A DNA stretch of 64,000 bases. Source: Hypanus sabinus. Its lineage: Eukaryota. Positions 1-13,199 of this stretch are shown here, in pieces. The position numbers were made by a program, and so were the translations under genes. Under the pieces are notes generated by a model, which was not told the DNA's origin, ran no database searches, and worked only from the letters and a program-made list of their open reading frames with translations. The stretch's first letter is position 1. Each line of letters begins with the position of its first letter. The stretch covers positions 152,954,001 to 153,018,000 of the forward strand of contig NC_082711.1 of assembly GCF_030144855.1 (NCBI RefSeq). Direction: 5' to 3'.

Positions 1-933
1 GCAGTCGCACCTTGGCGGCTTCTGCCTTGGCTCTTGCCTGTGTGGACTTACTTGATGTCGTTCTACTGCCCTTGTCGCTGGGCGCCATCGACTTGATCCC
101 GGATCGAGCTGACATTGTAGCACTTGGAACACCTGATAACGCCTGGGTGGGCTTACTTGATGTCGGTTTACTGCCCTTGTCGCTGGGCGGCGTCGACTTG
201 ATCCCGGATCGAGCTGACATTGCAGCACTTGAAACACCTGATAATGTCGCTTTTTCACTGTAACGTTCTCCTTCGCGTGTCACGAACGCCGAATTTAACG
301 TCGAGATAAACCACAGTTAATAAAAACCAGATCGCAGCAAGATTAACCATTTACTGTTCACTCTTCACATTAACATATGGTGAAAACTGTTGATAAAACA
401 ATACAAGATTGATACAGTATTTGTTCCTTCCTTAATATCACATTTCAAGTGTAAATACTTGCAAAGGTGACTATAACTACATTACACTAAGGTGCAGTAT
501 ACAGGGAGAGTTTACCTGCTCCATTGACTACTTTAAATACACTTCCATGCAAACTATCCGCGACTCTTTAACTAACGAAAGCATAAACATTATCGACCGT
601 CATTACTTCTAACAGGATCGGCATTAACATCTTAGTTCAACATATCGATTATCTATTAACTTACAGCGTTGCTCTCACTGTGATTTCTCATGCCTGCAAA
701 ACAACTTCTGCTCAGGTGTGCCTCGTGGTGAGCCCCCACCCTCGCGCTAATTTCAAACCGGTATTTTCCCACAAGACGCGGCGAAACCGGATGTGACGTC
801 ATCGCATGCCGATATATTTTACATGCAATGAATATACTTTAAACACTTCTAATTCTAACTAGAAAATACTATCGAATGAATTACTAAGCAAAAATATTAT
901 AAACTAAATAACTGTCGTAAAGACAGCACAACA
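1..933 (-). mobile_element. 5' end of a BEL/Pao-like LTR retrotransposon: LTR about 259-933, plus the start of the polyprotein ORF (ATG at 220, runs off the window)
   Basis: The minus strand begins TGT... (930-936) and ends ...GTTACA at 259, followed by GTGAAAAAG. The open frame MSARSGIKST...SSKSTQARAKAEAAKVRL resembles the Ser-rich/ARAKAEAAK N-terminus that I recall for fish BEL/Pao polyproteins. CpGs are retained. Confidence 0.7.
46..245 (-). repeat. 105-bp in-frame tandem duplication within the LTR-element ORF
   Basis: Two near-identical copies offset by 105 nt (35 codons). Confidence 0.9.
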
Positions 934-1826
934 ACATAATGTTTATCGTGCTTTCTTCCATTTTACCAAGAACAGTAAATTAAACTTTTATACCAAGAGA
1001 GCCCAATGAACCTACTCAGTGTCAAATGATTCTTTCTTAATGTCTTTCAGAATGAACTGTTTTGGGGTTGGCTAGATAGAGTGGATAACAAAAAAAAAAT
1101 GGATACACAAATCATTAGAAGTTGCAGCACAGCACCTGATAACGAATACCATGATAATGATAATAACAAATACGTTTGTATTTGAGAACTAGCTGACACT
1201 GAAACTTCTGATCAATCCTGGTAGAAAACCAGATTTTCACAGGCAATAGCAGCTGCACAGGAATAAAATTAAAGCTCAGCCAACCCCTTCATTGCCAAAG
1301 GTAAAATGATCTCCAAGCTGTTCCTGTCCAGGACTCCATTTCACTCCAGTTGCCATTGCATAGCCCATATTTGCCCAAATTTTAAAACTTTAAGCCAATG
1401 CCAATCCTTTGAATCCTTTACTTTCTTCCTCTCCCTGCTTCCATTCAAGCTCACAGAGGCCAAACCACCCTCCTCATTTCTCTCAGCCCTTCACAGGAGC
1501 ATTATTTCCCCTTATACTTGGTTGGATACACCCAGGAGAAAGAGGACCACCATAGCTGCACAGTGACAAAATACTCAGCACCAAACTGCAAACCACTGAT
1601 CTGCTCTGGCTCAAACTGGTCTGAACCAGGTCCTAGGAGTTTTTATCCTATACTTAGCCAGCCCAAAGCAAGCATATTCCACATGGTTGGCTTGAGTTGA
1701 GTAGGAAGTGTCTGCATTCTAAATACTTCTGGACTATGAACATCTGGATTAAAAATATGCTGCTACTTTTACCTCTTCCTTTAAATCCTTTCTGTAAGAT
1801 GGAATGAATTTGGAGAGAGAACTTAC

Positions 1827-1991
1827 CTGAGTGCCCATTATTTCTAATAGTGCATTCCATATCATCATCATAGCCTTCAAAGTTAAAGGGACACAAAGAA
1901 GAATTGAGCTTAGCTTTCCCGGTTACAATGTTAATTGGAGACTGTTTCTTCTTTCCACATGTTTCGAACTGAGTCTGCCAATTACTGGGTC
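1827..1991 (-). CDS. CA4: Carbonic anhydrase 4-like, exon 3; the gene continues beyond the left edge of the window
   Basis: ttttttag| (G)PSNWQTQFETCGKKKQSPINIVTGKAKLNSSLCPFNFEGYDDDMECTIRNNGHS |gtaagt. Contains the alpha-CA QSPINI and NNGHS motifs; 165 bp, phase 1/1. Proximity to ZNHIT3 matches known vertebrate CA4 synteny. Confidence 0.93.
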
Positions 1992-4160
1992 CTAAAAAAG
2001 ATAATTCAATCCATTTTTCATGCAAAAGCAAACTTCTTGTGAATGTTAGCAAAACAATTGCCACATATACATTGAAGACATCCTCGGGAATTGAACACTC
2101 AGAACAGGCTGGCATACACGGAGGTATTGCCAAAGGTTGTCAGCTATTGATGAAATGTTGAAGAAGGGTCCCTTCCATCTGTCTGCTCAGAGAAAAGTAG
2201 AAGATCCCATGGCAATGGTATAGAAGAGCATGTATCACAGTCAACGTTGGAGACCAAGTCATTGGAATATTTAAAGCAGAGGCAGACATATTCTTGATTG
2301 GGAAGAGAGATGGGGAGAAGGCGGGATATTGGGGTTGAGAGGGAAAATGGATCAGCCATGAAGGAACAATAGAAGAGACTCAATGGGCCAAATGGCCTAT
2401 TTCTACTCCTGTATATTATGGTCTTATACCCTACAACCAAGAGGAACAGTTGTCATTTCTCTTGCTGTATCAACTACTGCTTTAACTGCAAAATCAGGGC
2501 AAGAACAGTAATTGAAATGTTTTAGTTCCTTCATGGGATGCAGATATCATTTATTATTCCTGTCCCCGATGTAGCAGACACTTTATTTAGAGACACAGGG
2601 TGGATCAGGCCCTCCCAGCCCAATGAGCCGTGTTGCCCAGCAGCCCACCTGTCTAACACAAGCCTAATCATAGGGCAATTTCCAATGACCAATTAACCTA
2701 GTAACTGGTACTCCTTTGGACTGTAGGAGGAAACCAGAGTATTCAGGGGAAACCCATGCGATTACGGGGAGAACGTACAATCTCCTTACAGACCACACCG
2801 AAACTGAACTCTGAACTCCGGATTCCCAAGGACTGCTGCACCACCATGGTGCCGTACTTGACAGCCTATGGACGTAGTTGACACATAACTGCAGTTCAAG
2901 GGCTGGAGTCAAATATGAGCTAGTTCAGTAAAGATGGCAGCTTCCTCTCTGTGAACTAGGTGACTGGGTTTTTACAACAGACTGGTATATTTAAGGTTAC
3001 CTTTACTGAAAGATATACATTCCAATTTTTGACACTTCAGAATTAAGACAAAATATTTATATATGTGTTATAATGGATGACATTTGTATACAACTTGCAA
3101 GCAGTGAAATTCAGTTTTCTAATAATACCACCATCAAACGGCAAGATCTATCTCTGAATATTTACTTGAAAAGACATTTGTAACCATTTAACACATTGCA
3201 ATTTAAAACAGCATATCATCTATACAACTATGAGGGCTATAGGTAACCCTAGGTCATTTCTAAGGTAAGGACATGTTCAGCACAACTTTGTGGGCTGAAG
3301 GGTCTGTATTGTGCTGAAGGTTTTCTATGTTTCTAACTGTATTACAGTTTCCATACAATTAATTTATACACTTCAAAACTGGGGAGAAAACTGGAAAGTA
3401 GACAGCGTTACAACAGCATGTTAAGTCAAACTGAGAAGCAGTTTGACTGATTGATCCAGCAGGTACCACAGGAAGGGGGGGGGCGGGTCTTTTTCCAGTG
3501 TTTTGTTTACTGTAGAGCTCCTGACCTGAGCCCAACAAGACACAACTGACATCTAGCGAGAATAGTTGGTTCCAGTGTTAAAGTAAAAAGACTTAAGTTA
3601 TTGTGCTCGAGGCAGTTTTAACTTCATTCCAACTAGACCTCGTTGCTCATGGATTCTGCTCTGGTATTCCAGGAGGAGCCACCTACAGGTTTTTCAGTAA
3701 GACATTTCTTTGCTGTTGTGCTAAAAATCCCTAGCAAATGGCCAATGTACCATTTGCCTTCTAAATTTCTTGTCTTGTCTTGTCTCATGTCATCTTTATG
3801 TACAAGGTCAACCCATTTCTTCTAAACACCAGCACCTCTCAATTTCAGCCATTTAAAAATAGACTCTGCATTTTCTATTGAGAATGAACTAAGTGCACTC
3901 AGTTTTATGGGTTATAGCTAGAGATGTTTAGAGTGAGGAGGCTAATGTGGGACAAGCAGATTCTTACATTGATGAGGAGGGAGCTGTTGTGTTCTACTGG
4001 CATATGGGCAAGAAGAGATGCTGTACAGTCTCTTTTTCACTGACTTCTCATTGCCTTCCAGCAAAGAGACCAAACTGTCAGTATCATCCCAAATGTTCCT
4101 TCGCTATTTTGAGTGATCTTAACCTAAGATTACATTCCCCCCCCCACCCCACCAGCTCCC

Positions 4161-4681
4161 TGTCAGTACCTCCAGCTGAACTTTGTCTTTTTGTGTGTTT
4201 CCCCCCCTAGCCGTCAGTCTGTGGTTTTGTATTGCCATGTGCTCATTTGTTTTCATGCCCCAGGTGCTCTTGTCCCTGCTCCTGCTCTACTCAAATCTCT
4301 GTATTACTGAGTACTCTGCCTCTCACCTGTTTCTCAATATTGCCTGTATTGCTGCCAATTCTGACTCATTGTGCTCCACCTATCATCTGCCTCTCTGTCT
4401 ATTGCTCAGTGTATTTTAGTCCTGTGTTTTCACCTGTTTGTTGCCAGATTGTGCCAGTGAATTTTCCTGAGGCTTTCTAGCATTCGTATCTGTACTCTGT
4501 CCATCTGAATATTGACTCTGCCTGTTTCCTGATTCTGGTTTTTAGATTTCTCTGGATGTTTTGATCTCTGCCTGAACTTCGACGCCAACATTGTTTGCAC
4601 CTCGGGATTTGTTTCTCAATTAATATCACTGTGCGCACAATGCTGGGTCTGCGATTGGATCTCTGCTCCAGTGTCCTGACA
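4161..4681 (+). mobile_element. Solo LTR (Gypsy-like)
   Basis: Inverted termini TGTCAG...CTGACA; flanks ctccc / caccc form a 5-bp TSD with one mismatch. Confidence 0.75.
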
Positions 4682-6102
4682 CACCCAAACAAATTTTGAG
4701 AGAACCCTTGCTTCACTTCCCCACATCATCTTGATAATGGCCTTGACAAAGTCAAAATAGTATACCTGTTTTGGGAGTGTGATTTAAGGACATGCAAGCC
4801 ATATTGCTGGCTCACCAGAGCTGAATGAGAGTAATTAAATGCTTGTTGCTAAAGATGTTTGATCTGGGAGTAGATATTTCATTGGCTTGCACAACCTGCT
4901 AGTGGACTTGGAAGTTTTTATGGAGACAGCTTAGAGGTAACTCCAGTACCTTTGAACTGTAAGCAGTCTTTGTCTCGTAAGCAAATAATTGATTTTGAGG
5001 TCTTCAGCTTTGAGCATTTCCCTTCAGAAAGGCAAATGCTGTGCTCTCATTTTGGCAGTGAAGGGTGATTTCACCAGTACCCATGTTCACTAAGAGGTGA
5101 TCCTTGAGTTATGAAAAGTTCCCTATTGTTTTCAAGACCTTAGAGCATAGAACACAGAACATGGAACGGTACAGTAAAGGAAAAGGCACTTCAGCCCACA
5201 ATGTTATGCTGAACAAATTAAAACAAATGGCCAACTGAACTAATCTCTTCCTCCCTTCACAACATCCAAATCCTCCCATTTTCCTCACATACGTATGCCT
5301 ATCTAAATGTCTCCAAAAAGTCCCTGATGTATCTGTGGACTTTCTGGTCCCTTCTCGTGGACTTTCAGTGAAAGAGACAACGTTGTGCAGGAAGGATAGA
5401 GAACTGTTCTTTGTGGATATTTAGTGGAAGGTCCATTCTCTTGAAAGCTAAATCACAATGACTTGGAGCTCTGGGCACTGCATAAATCAGTCTGAAGAGT
5501 GCCTCCTATTTATCTTTTCTCTTTATGTTAACACAGAATATTCTTCTTTCGATCAAGGGCCCTCCAAACTGCTGCACCATGACAAGGTGCCAGTCTATGC
5601 ATTGAAAAGCAAGGGACAAAAAGATAAACATGACCCTCCCTTATGTCATAATATTCTCTTTTTATTCCACCGGTTGCTGGCCCTCAAAGCATGTGCTCTG
5701 GTACTCCAAATATTAACAAATTCCTAAGTTATTTATTGCACATTATTTTTTTTAAATCCTGTTCTTGTGTTTAAATCAATCTGTGTCCTTTTCTTTCCCT
5801 GTTTGTTTAACCTCTTCAAACTCAACAATGACTATTCTTCCAACTCTGGCCCTTTGGCATTTTATGAATGGAATAAAGGTTTGACTGTTTTCCTCATTCA
5901 TAAATTATTATTGCATTTAGATGACATGGATCGAAATTACACAATTAACTAAATCAAAGCAGTACAATGAGTGATGTTGGTAAAGTGCATCAGAATCACA
6001 TGGAAAGTGATTCTCTAATCCAATCCGGATGTCCTTACAGTGGCTGTCTACAATTTTTCATAATTTTGTTTTAATCTGAATCATATGGAACTTCCTTCAA
6101 GA

Positions 6103-6445
6103 GGACCATAACCTTGTCGTGGTTTGGACACATGCGTGCCTCAATGACCCAGAGAGTTTTGTTGGCTGGAGTCAGGGCTTTATTCTTTGGCACTTGGTAG
6201 GGTCTCCCATGCCAAACTGGTCAAAGGGTAAGAGGCCAGACTAAGTGGCCCACCTGTCTTCCAGGTTAGGGAGTTCAGCTCAGGGATTAACAAATCTGAC
6301 TAGTAAAACAAAACTGTATAGAATCAGCAATGGAAAATCTTTCTACATCTGAGTGCGATGGTATTCCTGAGTCTCCACATGGGCCTTTCATGACTGACAG
6401 TAGTGACAGCTGAGAAGGAGCTACTGATGGGATGAACACTGCCAG
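6103..6445 (+). mobile_element. RTE-clade 5'UTR-derived short element
   Basis: Starts with accttgtcgtgg...ctcaatgacccagagag, which resembles RTE/Expander 5' ends (recalled, not searched). Confidence 0.5.
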
Positions 6446-6898
6446 AGATGGAGGGCTTCATTACGTCAGCAATGATTAAGTATATAGAATTTACTGATAT
6501 ATTGGTAAGTATAACTGATATATTGAATAGTCAGAGGCTTTTTCCAAGGGCTGAAATGGCTGCCACAAGAGGAACAGGTTTAAGGTACTTGGAAGTAGGT
6601 TCAGAGGAGATGTCAGGGGTAAGTTTTTTATGCAGAGAGTGGTGAGTGCGTGGAATAGGCTGCCAGCGGTGGTGGTGGAGGTGGAAATGATAAGGATCTT
6701 TTAAGAGACTCCTGGATGGCTACATGGAGCTTAGGAAAATAGTCTATAGATAAAACCTAGGTAGTTCTAAGGTTCATGTTCGACGCAGCTTTGTGGGCTG
6801 AAGGGCCTGTATTGTTTTCTATGTTTCTATAACAGAAAATGCTCAATATGACATTCCAACTTTGCATTCTAAGGAATAATATGACTTTAGCTCCTTAC

Positions 6899-6934
6899 CA
6901 CAATGCACGTCTTGGGAGTCATAGCACCAATGAC
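6899..6934 (-). CDS. CA4: Carbonic anhydrase 4-like, exon 2
   Basis: ttttttccccatgtag|GT CAT TGG TGC TAT GAC TCC CAA GAC GTG CAT TGT G|gtaagg encodes (G)HWCYDSQDVHC(G). This is the WCY...C motif of CA4; 36 bp, phase 1/1. Confidence 0.92.
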
Positions 6935-9900
6935 CTACATGGGGAAAAAAAACAATTAGCTTATGACTTTTTGCATTTTATTTGACACCATCCCTACCTT
7001 GGCGTCCCCACCCATTGTCCAAGAGTTACAATGGGAATCCCACCAAATTTACAATGGTTTTCAAATAAATCTTGAATATTAACTAAATTAAAGTACTGGG
7101 GTTTGTTTGTTTATCCTCTAGAGATTAACAAAAACTATTACTGGAATTGTTCTTGTGTATTCTGCCTTAACAAGAAATATCACATAAATTGATCCCCTTA
7201 ATCATTTGCATTTATGTCCCCAATTTCACTCAGTGATCAATGAATTAAATGTGTTTACCCTCTTTCTTTCTGAACTGTGTAAGCAACAATAGCCAGTATT
7301 GATTTGGCACTGCTACTAAATAAATAGGATATAAATTTCAAATGCATTCTTTCATAACTTAGAAGTGATGTGGGAGTGGGAAGGCTAAGTGAGAGTGATG
7401 CAAGAAGCTAGGAGCTGATAAGTGGAAGTGACTAAGAGTTGAAGAAGATGCAATCTGATAGGACAGGACAATGGACCATGGAACTGAGGAGAGGAGATGA
7501 GAAGGGTATTGACGAGAGGAATGTATGGGTGGTGGTCAGGTCAGGGAGGGTGGGGGAGGGGAAGAGATAGGCTAATGGGACTGGTGGGGGAATAAAAAGT
7601 TTGCACCTAAGATTTGGACCTGCACAGGCAGAAAGCAGTGTCTCTATCCATGCCTTGAAACCATTCTCTAATTGTAAAATATCTGTTAGGCCACATTTCT
7701 GAATTCCCTTCTCTGAAGGGAACAGGCCCTGTATATTCAATCTGTTTAATGATAATAAAATGCCATATTCTATCTGCTGACCGTTGTTCTTTTTATTAAG
7801 TACCCATTCCAGAACTTAATAGTCCACTGTGTGGTCTTAACATCTGACAATATTGACAACAGGCTTCTATAAACTTTAATTTCTTTGTGTATCAGTTTTC
7901 TTTCCTAAAAAATTAACTCGCAAATAATGTGGTGTTTTAAGTATGAAAAACACAAGATTACACCTCACCGTTACTAAGTAACTGTAATTATACACATTTG
8001 GTCAATTGAAATCGCCCTAGTGGCACAAGATATATTGGAAGCTAAATATTGCTCTCATCCTGTGACACCCAGCAGCTTTCCGCAAAGATCCACAGAAACA
8101 TTTATTGGGCCGGTCTTTCCCGTCAATGACAAAGAGAATGTACCTATCGTCGAGATTTTAACGCTGACCTAAAAAAAAGTGCCCAGGCCTTGCAGCAATG
8201 CAATGTCCCCTTCAGAGCGAGTTGCCGAATGCAACAAAACGCTTTTACTTGAAATCATTAAATAGATTCAAGCATTCTGAGAGGAATGAAATAATGATCG
8301 GAACACGTGAATAAAATTAAACGCAAAAAGAATTGGGGAAAAAAACCCAGAAATGATGAGTAATATTTTGCTGAACAGTCGGATTGACCTGCTGCGTGTT
8401 TCACGCTCGGCGAGCGGGAATCTCACACCACACTACACAGGTCATCGCCGTACCCCCTAGACACCTACAGTCACAGAACCCCGCAGCAGAGACACGGGTC
8501 AATCAGATACCACACCCATGCCGACCAAACCTCCTTAATCCCATCTGCCCACATCTTTTATTTTGCCTCGTAGCGGGCACTTGATACAGATTTATGGAAT
8601 GTGAAAATATCATTTTCAAATACATTTATTTCAAAACATTGTTAACTTACATATCATGGGTAAAATATTAATTGAAATCAAGAAAGCAGTTTACCTCCTC
8701 TTATCTTTTCTATTTAATTCGCGATGGATACGGAAACCACGGTTGACGTAGAAGTGAAAATTTCCCTGCCTGAAACCTTAATGCACAACTGAGTTCGGCA
8801 GCGTAGCGCAGCGGCTAGCTCGACCCCACCCCATGGGGAGTCCATTCTCTCCGCTACCTGTACGGAGTGAGTACATTCTCCCGAGAGCCCGTGGGTTTCC
8901 AAAGACGGGCTAGGGTTAGTGGGCATGTTACGTGGCGCCGGAAGTGTGGCGACACTTGCGGGCTGCCCAACACAATTCCCGCTGAATTGACTTATCGTAA
9001 ACGGTGCATTTTCAATTGCATGTTTCGGCGCACATTTTACAAATAAAACTAATCTTCAAATCTTTCGTGGCGGCCAGAATGTTGAACATAGAAATGATCA
9101 TTCCGAGAACATCCGGATCTATTCCTAATCTTTTTCTTCCCACCTCCCCCCCCCCAACTCTTCCTAAAATAAGTGCATTATCAGTAATGTTCACAGCGGT
9201 GAGAGCGCGCCAGTAGTTGTCACGTTGTCACCCAGTGTTTCTGGGACTCCCACTGGGGAAGGCTGCAACAGCGTCGCCAGTGGAAGAACAAGGTGCCAGT
9301 GATCTCAGCTTCTGGATTTCGCTATTTAAGGTTTCGGGTACAACCACCGAAATAATATCAAGTCCTTGCACCACCCCACTCCGATAACTGGTTTTCCTGC
9401 TTTGAAACTTGCATGCAGGACCTGCATAAAATCGGCTAATCTATTGCATTTCCTTTATCTTAGAATGTTCTTTGCTGTTCGGTAAGCTCCTTTGTTAGTT
9501 CCATGGGTCAATGCGTTCAGTGGTCTATTCACCTGTAAGCAAGATGTACGCGTCATTTACACCGCAGTTCAAGATTAACTGTAATATTTTAATGACTTCC
9601 TAAGTTAAAAAAGAATAAATATTAAATGATAGGCTCCGGGAGATTTATTTCGATCTGGGCTACGTAAAAATGACCACTGTCGGATGGACTATTACTTCTG
9701 TTGTAATGAGCCAATCATAGGCGCAGATTATCTGAAACGAGGTTCTGTGTAGAATTGTGTCTCAGGGTTTCTCTTCAATGTCGTACAGCGTGTTTATTAT
9801 TTATATTCCCACTGTTCCCCTCCGCACTTTTTGGTGGCTAAGACTCCTCCCAAAGAGTTTGACTAAAGCAGGATTGGGGATCCTAATGCCGATTTTATCA

Positions 9901-11937
9901 CCAACAGAGATATGATGATGAAGAATTAAGATCAGCAATAGTCATCAGTAGATAAAATGCCACTGCAGGAAATGCAGAGGAAGAGTAATTATTAAAAAGA
10001 ATGAAAACATATCTGGACAGAAGAAATTCTGCAGATGCAGCAAACCTTGAGCAACGCACACAAAATGCTGGAGGACATCTACATGTCAAGCAGCATTTAT
10101 GGAAAGCAATTAACAATCAAAGTTTCGGGCCAAGACCCTTTATTAAGAGCTTGGAGACGTTCAGTTCCATAAAAGTCCAGCAGTGATCTATAAAAGTGGC
10201 TGATTAGTTATTCTCCTGATGTTCTATGTATTGTAGTAGCGTTCTTATCTGACTCAAATCTGCAAACCAACTCAGAATGAAAATTCGCTGTTGCAGTCTG
10301 GGTCTCTGTAACTGAGACACTTCTCAGAAGAAAGATCTCGATCTGCTGACAATTGTTAACATTTTCCATGTTATTTCATATATTTTTTTTAATTTTTTGA
10401 TTGTGTAGAGATTACGTTCTTATTCAAAACTAAGAAAGTAGCTAAAACTGTTCCCGCCCTTGTTCTAAAATGCAAATCATATCCACATAAAAACAACAAA
10501 CAAGTGAAAATCTGCAGATGCTGGAAATCCAAAGCAACAACCACAAAATGCTGGAGGAACTCAGCAGGCCGGGCAGCATCTATGGAAAAGAGTAAATAGT
10601 CGACGTTTCTGGCCGAGACCCACGTGTTAACTATGTTTTCTTGCCATTATCGGTTATTTAGCCTCTCGTTGTTGTAGCCAAGATGCCAGAAAGCTTTTGT
10701 AAACCATATGGCAAAAACAAAATCTGCTACGTTGTTCTATGTCATATCCGAGTGGTATTCTGAACAAAGCGGAATTCTTGACAATTTGTGTCTGGATTAA
10801 AACACCAAAAGTAGTTTTTGTTATTTATAGCTACTGGATGGAAAAGAAAGTGTTTGGTCACCCTCACTCCACCATCAGCAGCCGCAGCTTTTACCGCTGG
10901 TTAGCTCAGCTCATCGCTTTCCCAACCACGTGAAGGGTCTCCACCTCCTATTTGCCAACCGATCTGCCAGTCCCCTCAACTCCTTTGGTGTTGCTTCAGA
11001 TTACAAGTTCTGCAGCCTCTTGCATCTCCTATTTGGCATTATAATCAATCAAGTACTTCAAACGCAGCAGCAACAAAATATTTCAAAGGGAGATTTTTCT
11101 ACCAATGTGTGTAGTTGTATCTACGGAAGTGTCTATTTAGATTGTTGCTATATAGCCACTTTAGAAAGTCACACTGTCCTGGTTGTTGCCTTGAATTTAT
11201 TAGACTGGCCTTTTCTTTCTCGTTTTCCTACTTTTATTTCCTCTCCTTTCCCGCAGTCATTTAAAAAGATTATCTTTAGCTTTAAACAGTCACCAGATAC
11301 CCAAAAGTCATGAAGCCAGTTTAAAAATACAAGACGTTCTTTATACCTACAGATCCCCCGTGCGTCTCGGAGTCCGAGGGCAAGGCTGTCTGCCTTCAAC
11401 GCTGCACTATACATTTATCAGTGTAAAGTAAAACTCATACCTACCGTCCACGTAGCCTGCAAGAACATGCAAAGACGTTGTTAAAAAAAATGAAGTGACA
11501 TGTAAGAAAAATTTTGTTTGTTTTGGCCGGCTTATGGTATTAAATGTCAACTGTAAAAAGTCGTAGTGACTTGCAAGATTTTAAATGCATTTGGACAGGT
11601 GAGAGAAGGGGGTCAGTGTTGAGCATCTCTGGAGCATGAACAAATGTCGCTACAGTATGTAAATAGTTCGGAAAATAAAGAGCTCCAATCAATCTGTAAA
11701 GCCAGTTCAAAATTTCAACGTAAAACAATCGCCTGAAGATGAAGCAAATTCATCAATAGAATTGTGTGTTCCTAAACCTAAATAAAACTAACGGAATTAC
11801 ATAGAACTTACAATGGAGAGGGGTTTCTAACCAACAGGTCCAGTAACGTATACACGCGCTACACACTTTTCCATTCTCTCTATACACCTTATCTCAGTCC
11901 TTCAATCTAATTAGCCTTGTACTTTCATCAAATAAAG

Positions 11938-12135
11938 CCGGCGGGTGACGTAGCGGCAGCCGCACGGGGCTTCGAGGCGGGTGATCCCGGCTTCGAATCC
12001 GGCATGCTTTCCGTCCGTGTCGGGTTGAGCGTCGAGCTACCAACTCGACCTCGTTAAAAAAAACACAGGCAAAAGCTAAAGAAAGGGCAAGGTTACCGCC
12101 AGATGTGCCAGGAGCCGCGGAGAACAACATCATCA
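11938..12135 (+). mobile_element. Short SINE-like repeat (second copy at about 32590-32785)
   Basis: Both copies share gctttcc.tcc.tg..gggtt.ag.gt.gagcta.caactcg..ctcgt.aaaa; this copy has a B-box-like ttcgaatcc. Confidence 0.7.
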
Positions 12136-13199
12136 AATAAGCATTTGTTTAGCTTCGTCTAGACACTTGGTAAACTGCACCGGTGTAGATTCTCATCCCT
12201 CTCCGATGAACGAAAACTGGTCAGTCAAAGTTTTCCTCTTCCGTTTTTTTTAAAGAAATAATACTCAAGTCTCCTCAGTCTTTTTTGATAAGTGTACTCT
12301 AACCATTTTAAGATCAGGCACATCTTTTCAGGGCTTCCGATATTTATTTTATAATATTGAGACCCAACTGTGCTTAGAACTTACATTTGTATACCGTCTT
12401 ATTTTGTCTAAGCAATAATATTTTATAGACTAATATTTTAGTAAACAATACATTTAATCCCACTAGCGAGTTTCATTTAGTTATTACATGTCAAAAGTAT
12501 CTTCAGATAAATGACACTGTGAAGATCACACATTTTTCAAAAGAGAGAGGGAGAATGAGGTGCACTATTCTGGCTCTATGCGACCCCAGCATTTCACAGA
12601 TACTCGGCGGCACAAGCAGAACTAAGATTATCTGACTGTTAATTAGGAGTACAGAAGATTCTCCACTGGTATTCCAAATAGGTTTTAAAAAGTCACAATA
12701 ACTTGCTCAGGGTCTTATCATGATGTATGTGAAGTCACAAGTGGACAGTATTTTTCTTTTATCTTACTTCTGCTCTGATTGGTGAAGTGTCCCAATTGGG
12801 ACACGTCAATGTGTGCAAATTTTGCACATTTAAAGTAGTGGAAATCTAATAGATTAGAATAGATAGCCAATGTGCTTTCATTGCAACATATTGGAACAGA
12901 TGGACCCCATCCTGCTAAACAGTGCTCTGTATCTGCAACAAATGGTGGTTGTTTGAGGAGCTTCATCTTGGGGTAGACACTTCAACACATCAGGAAGAAT
13001 TTCCTGAACACGGTAGTCCAGGAGGCAGTTATATCCTCAGATATATATTGGTAAGTGGTCAGGACAGGATGGGCTGATGCCAGAAGAGGCAGATTGAGTA
13101 ATCCAGAGGACAATTCCAGAGCAGCTTCACCCCTTCCCCATGGCCACCATGGACAAAGTTCTTGTTCCTTGTAAACTGTATGTGGCATCACAATAATTC

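Noticed and set aside
12-263. 83-aa plus-strand ORF with an internal repeat
   Set aside because: It is the antisense shadow of the duplicated LTR-element ORF on the minus strand.
1654-2133. 159-aa ORF as a complete gene
   Set aside because: Only 1827-1991 is a real CA4 exon; the flanks are intronic read-through beyond clear splice sites.
4766-4820. AG...GT-bounded segment in CA4 intron 2 (minus strand)
   Set aside because: 55 nt is not a multiple of 3, it has no CA similarity, and exons 2 and 3 already join in frame.
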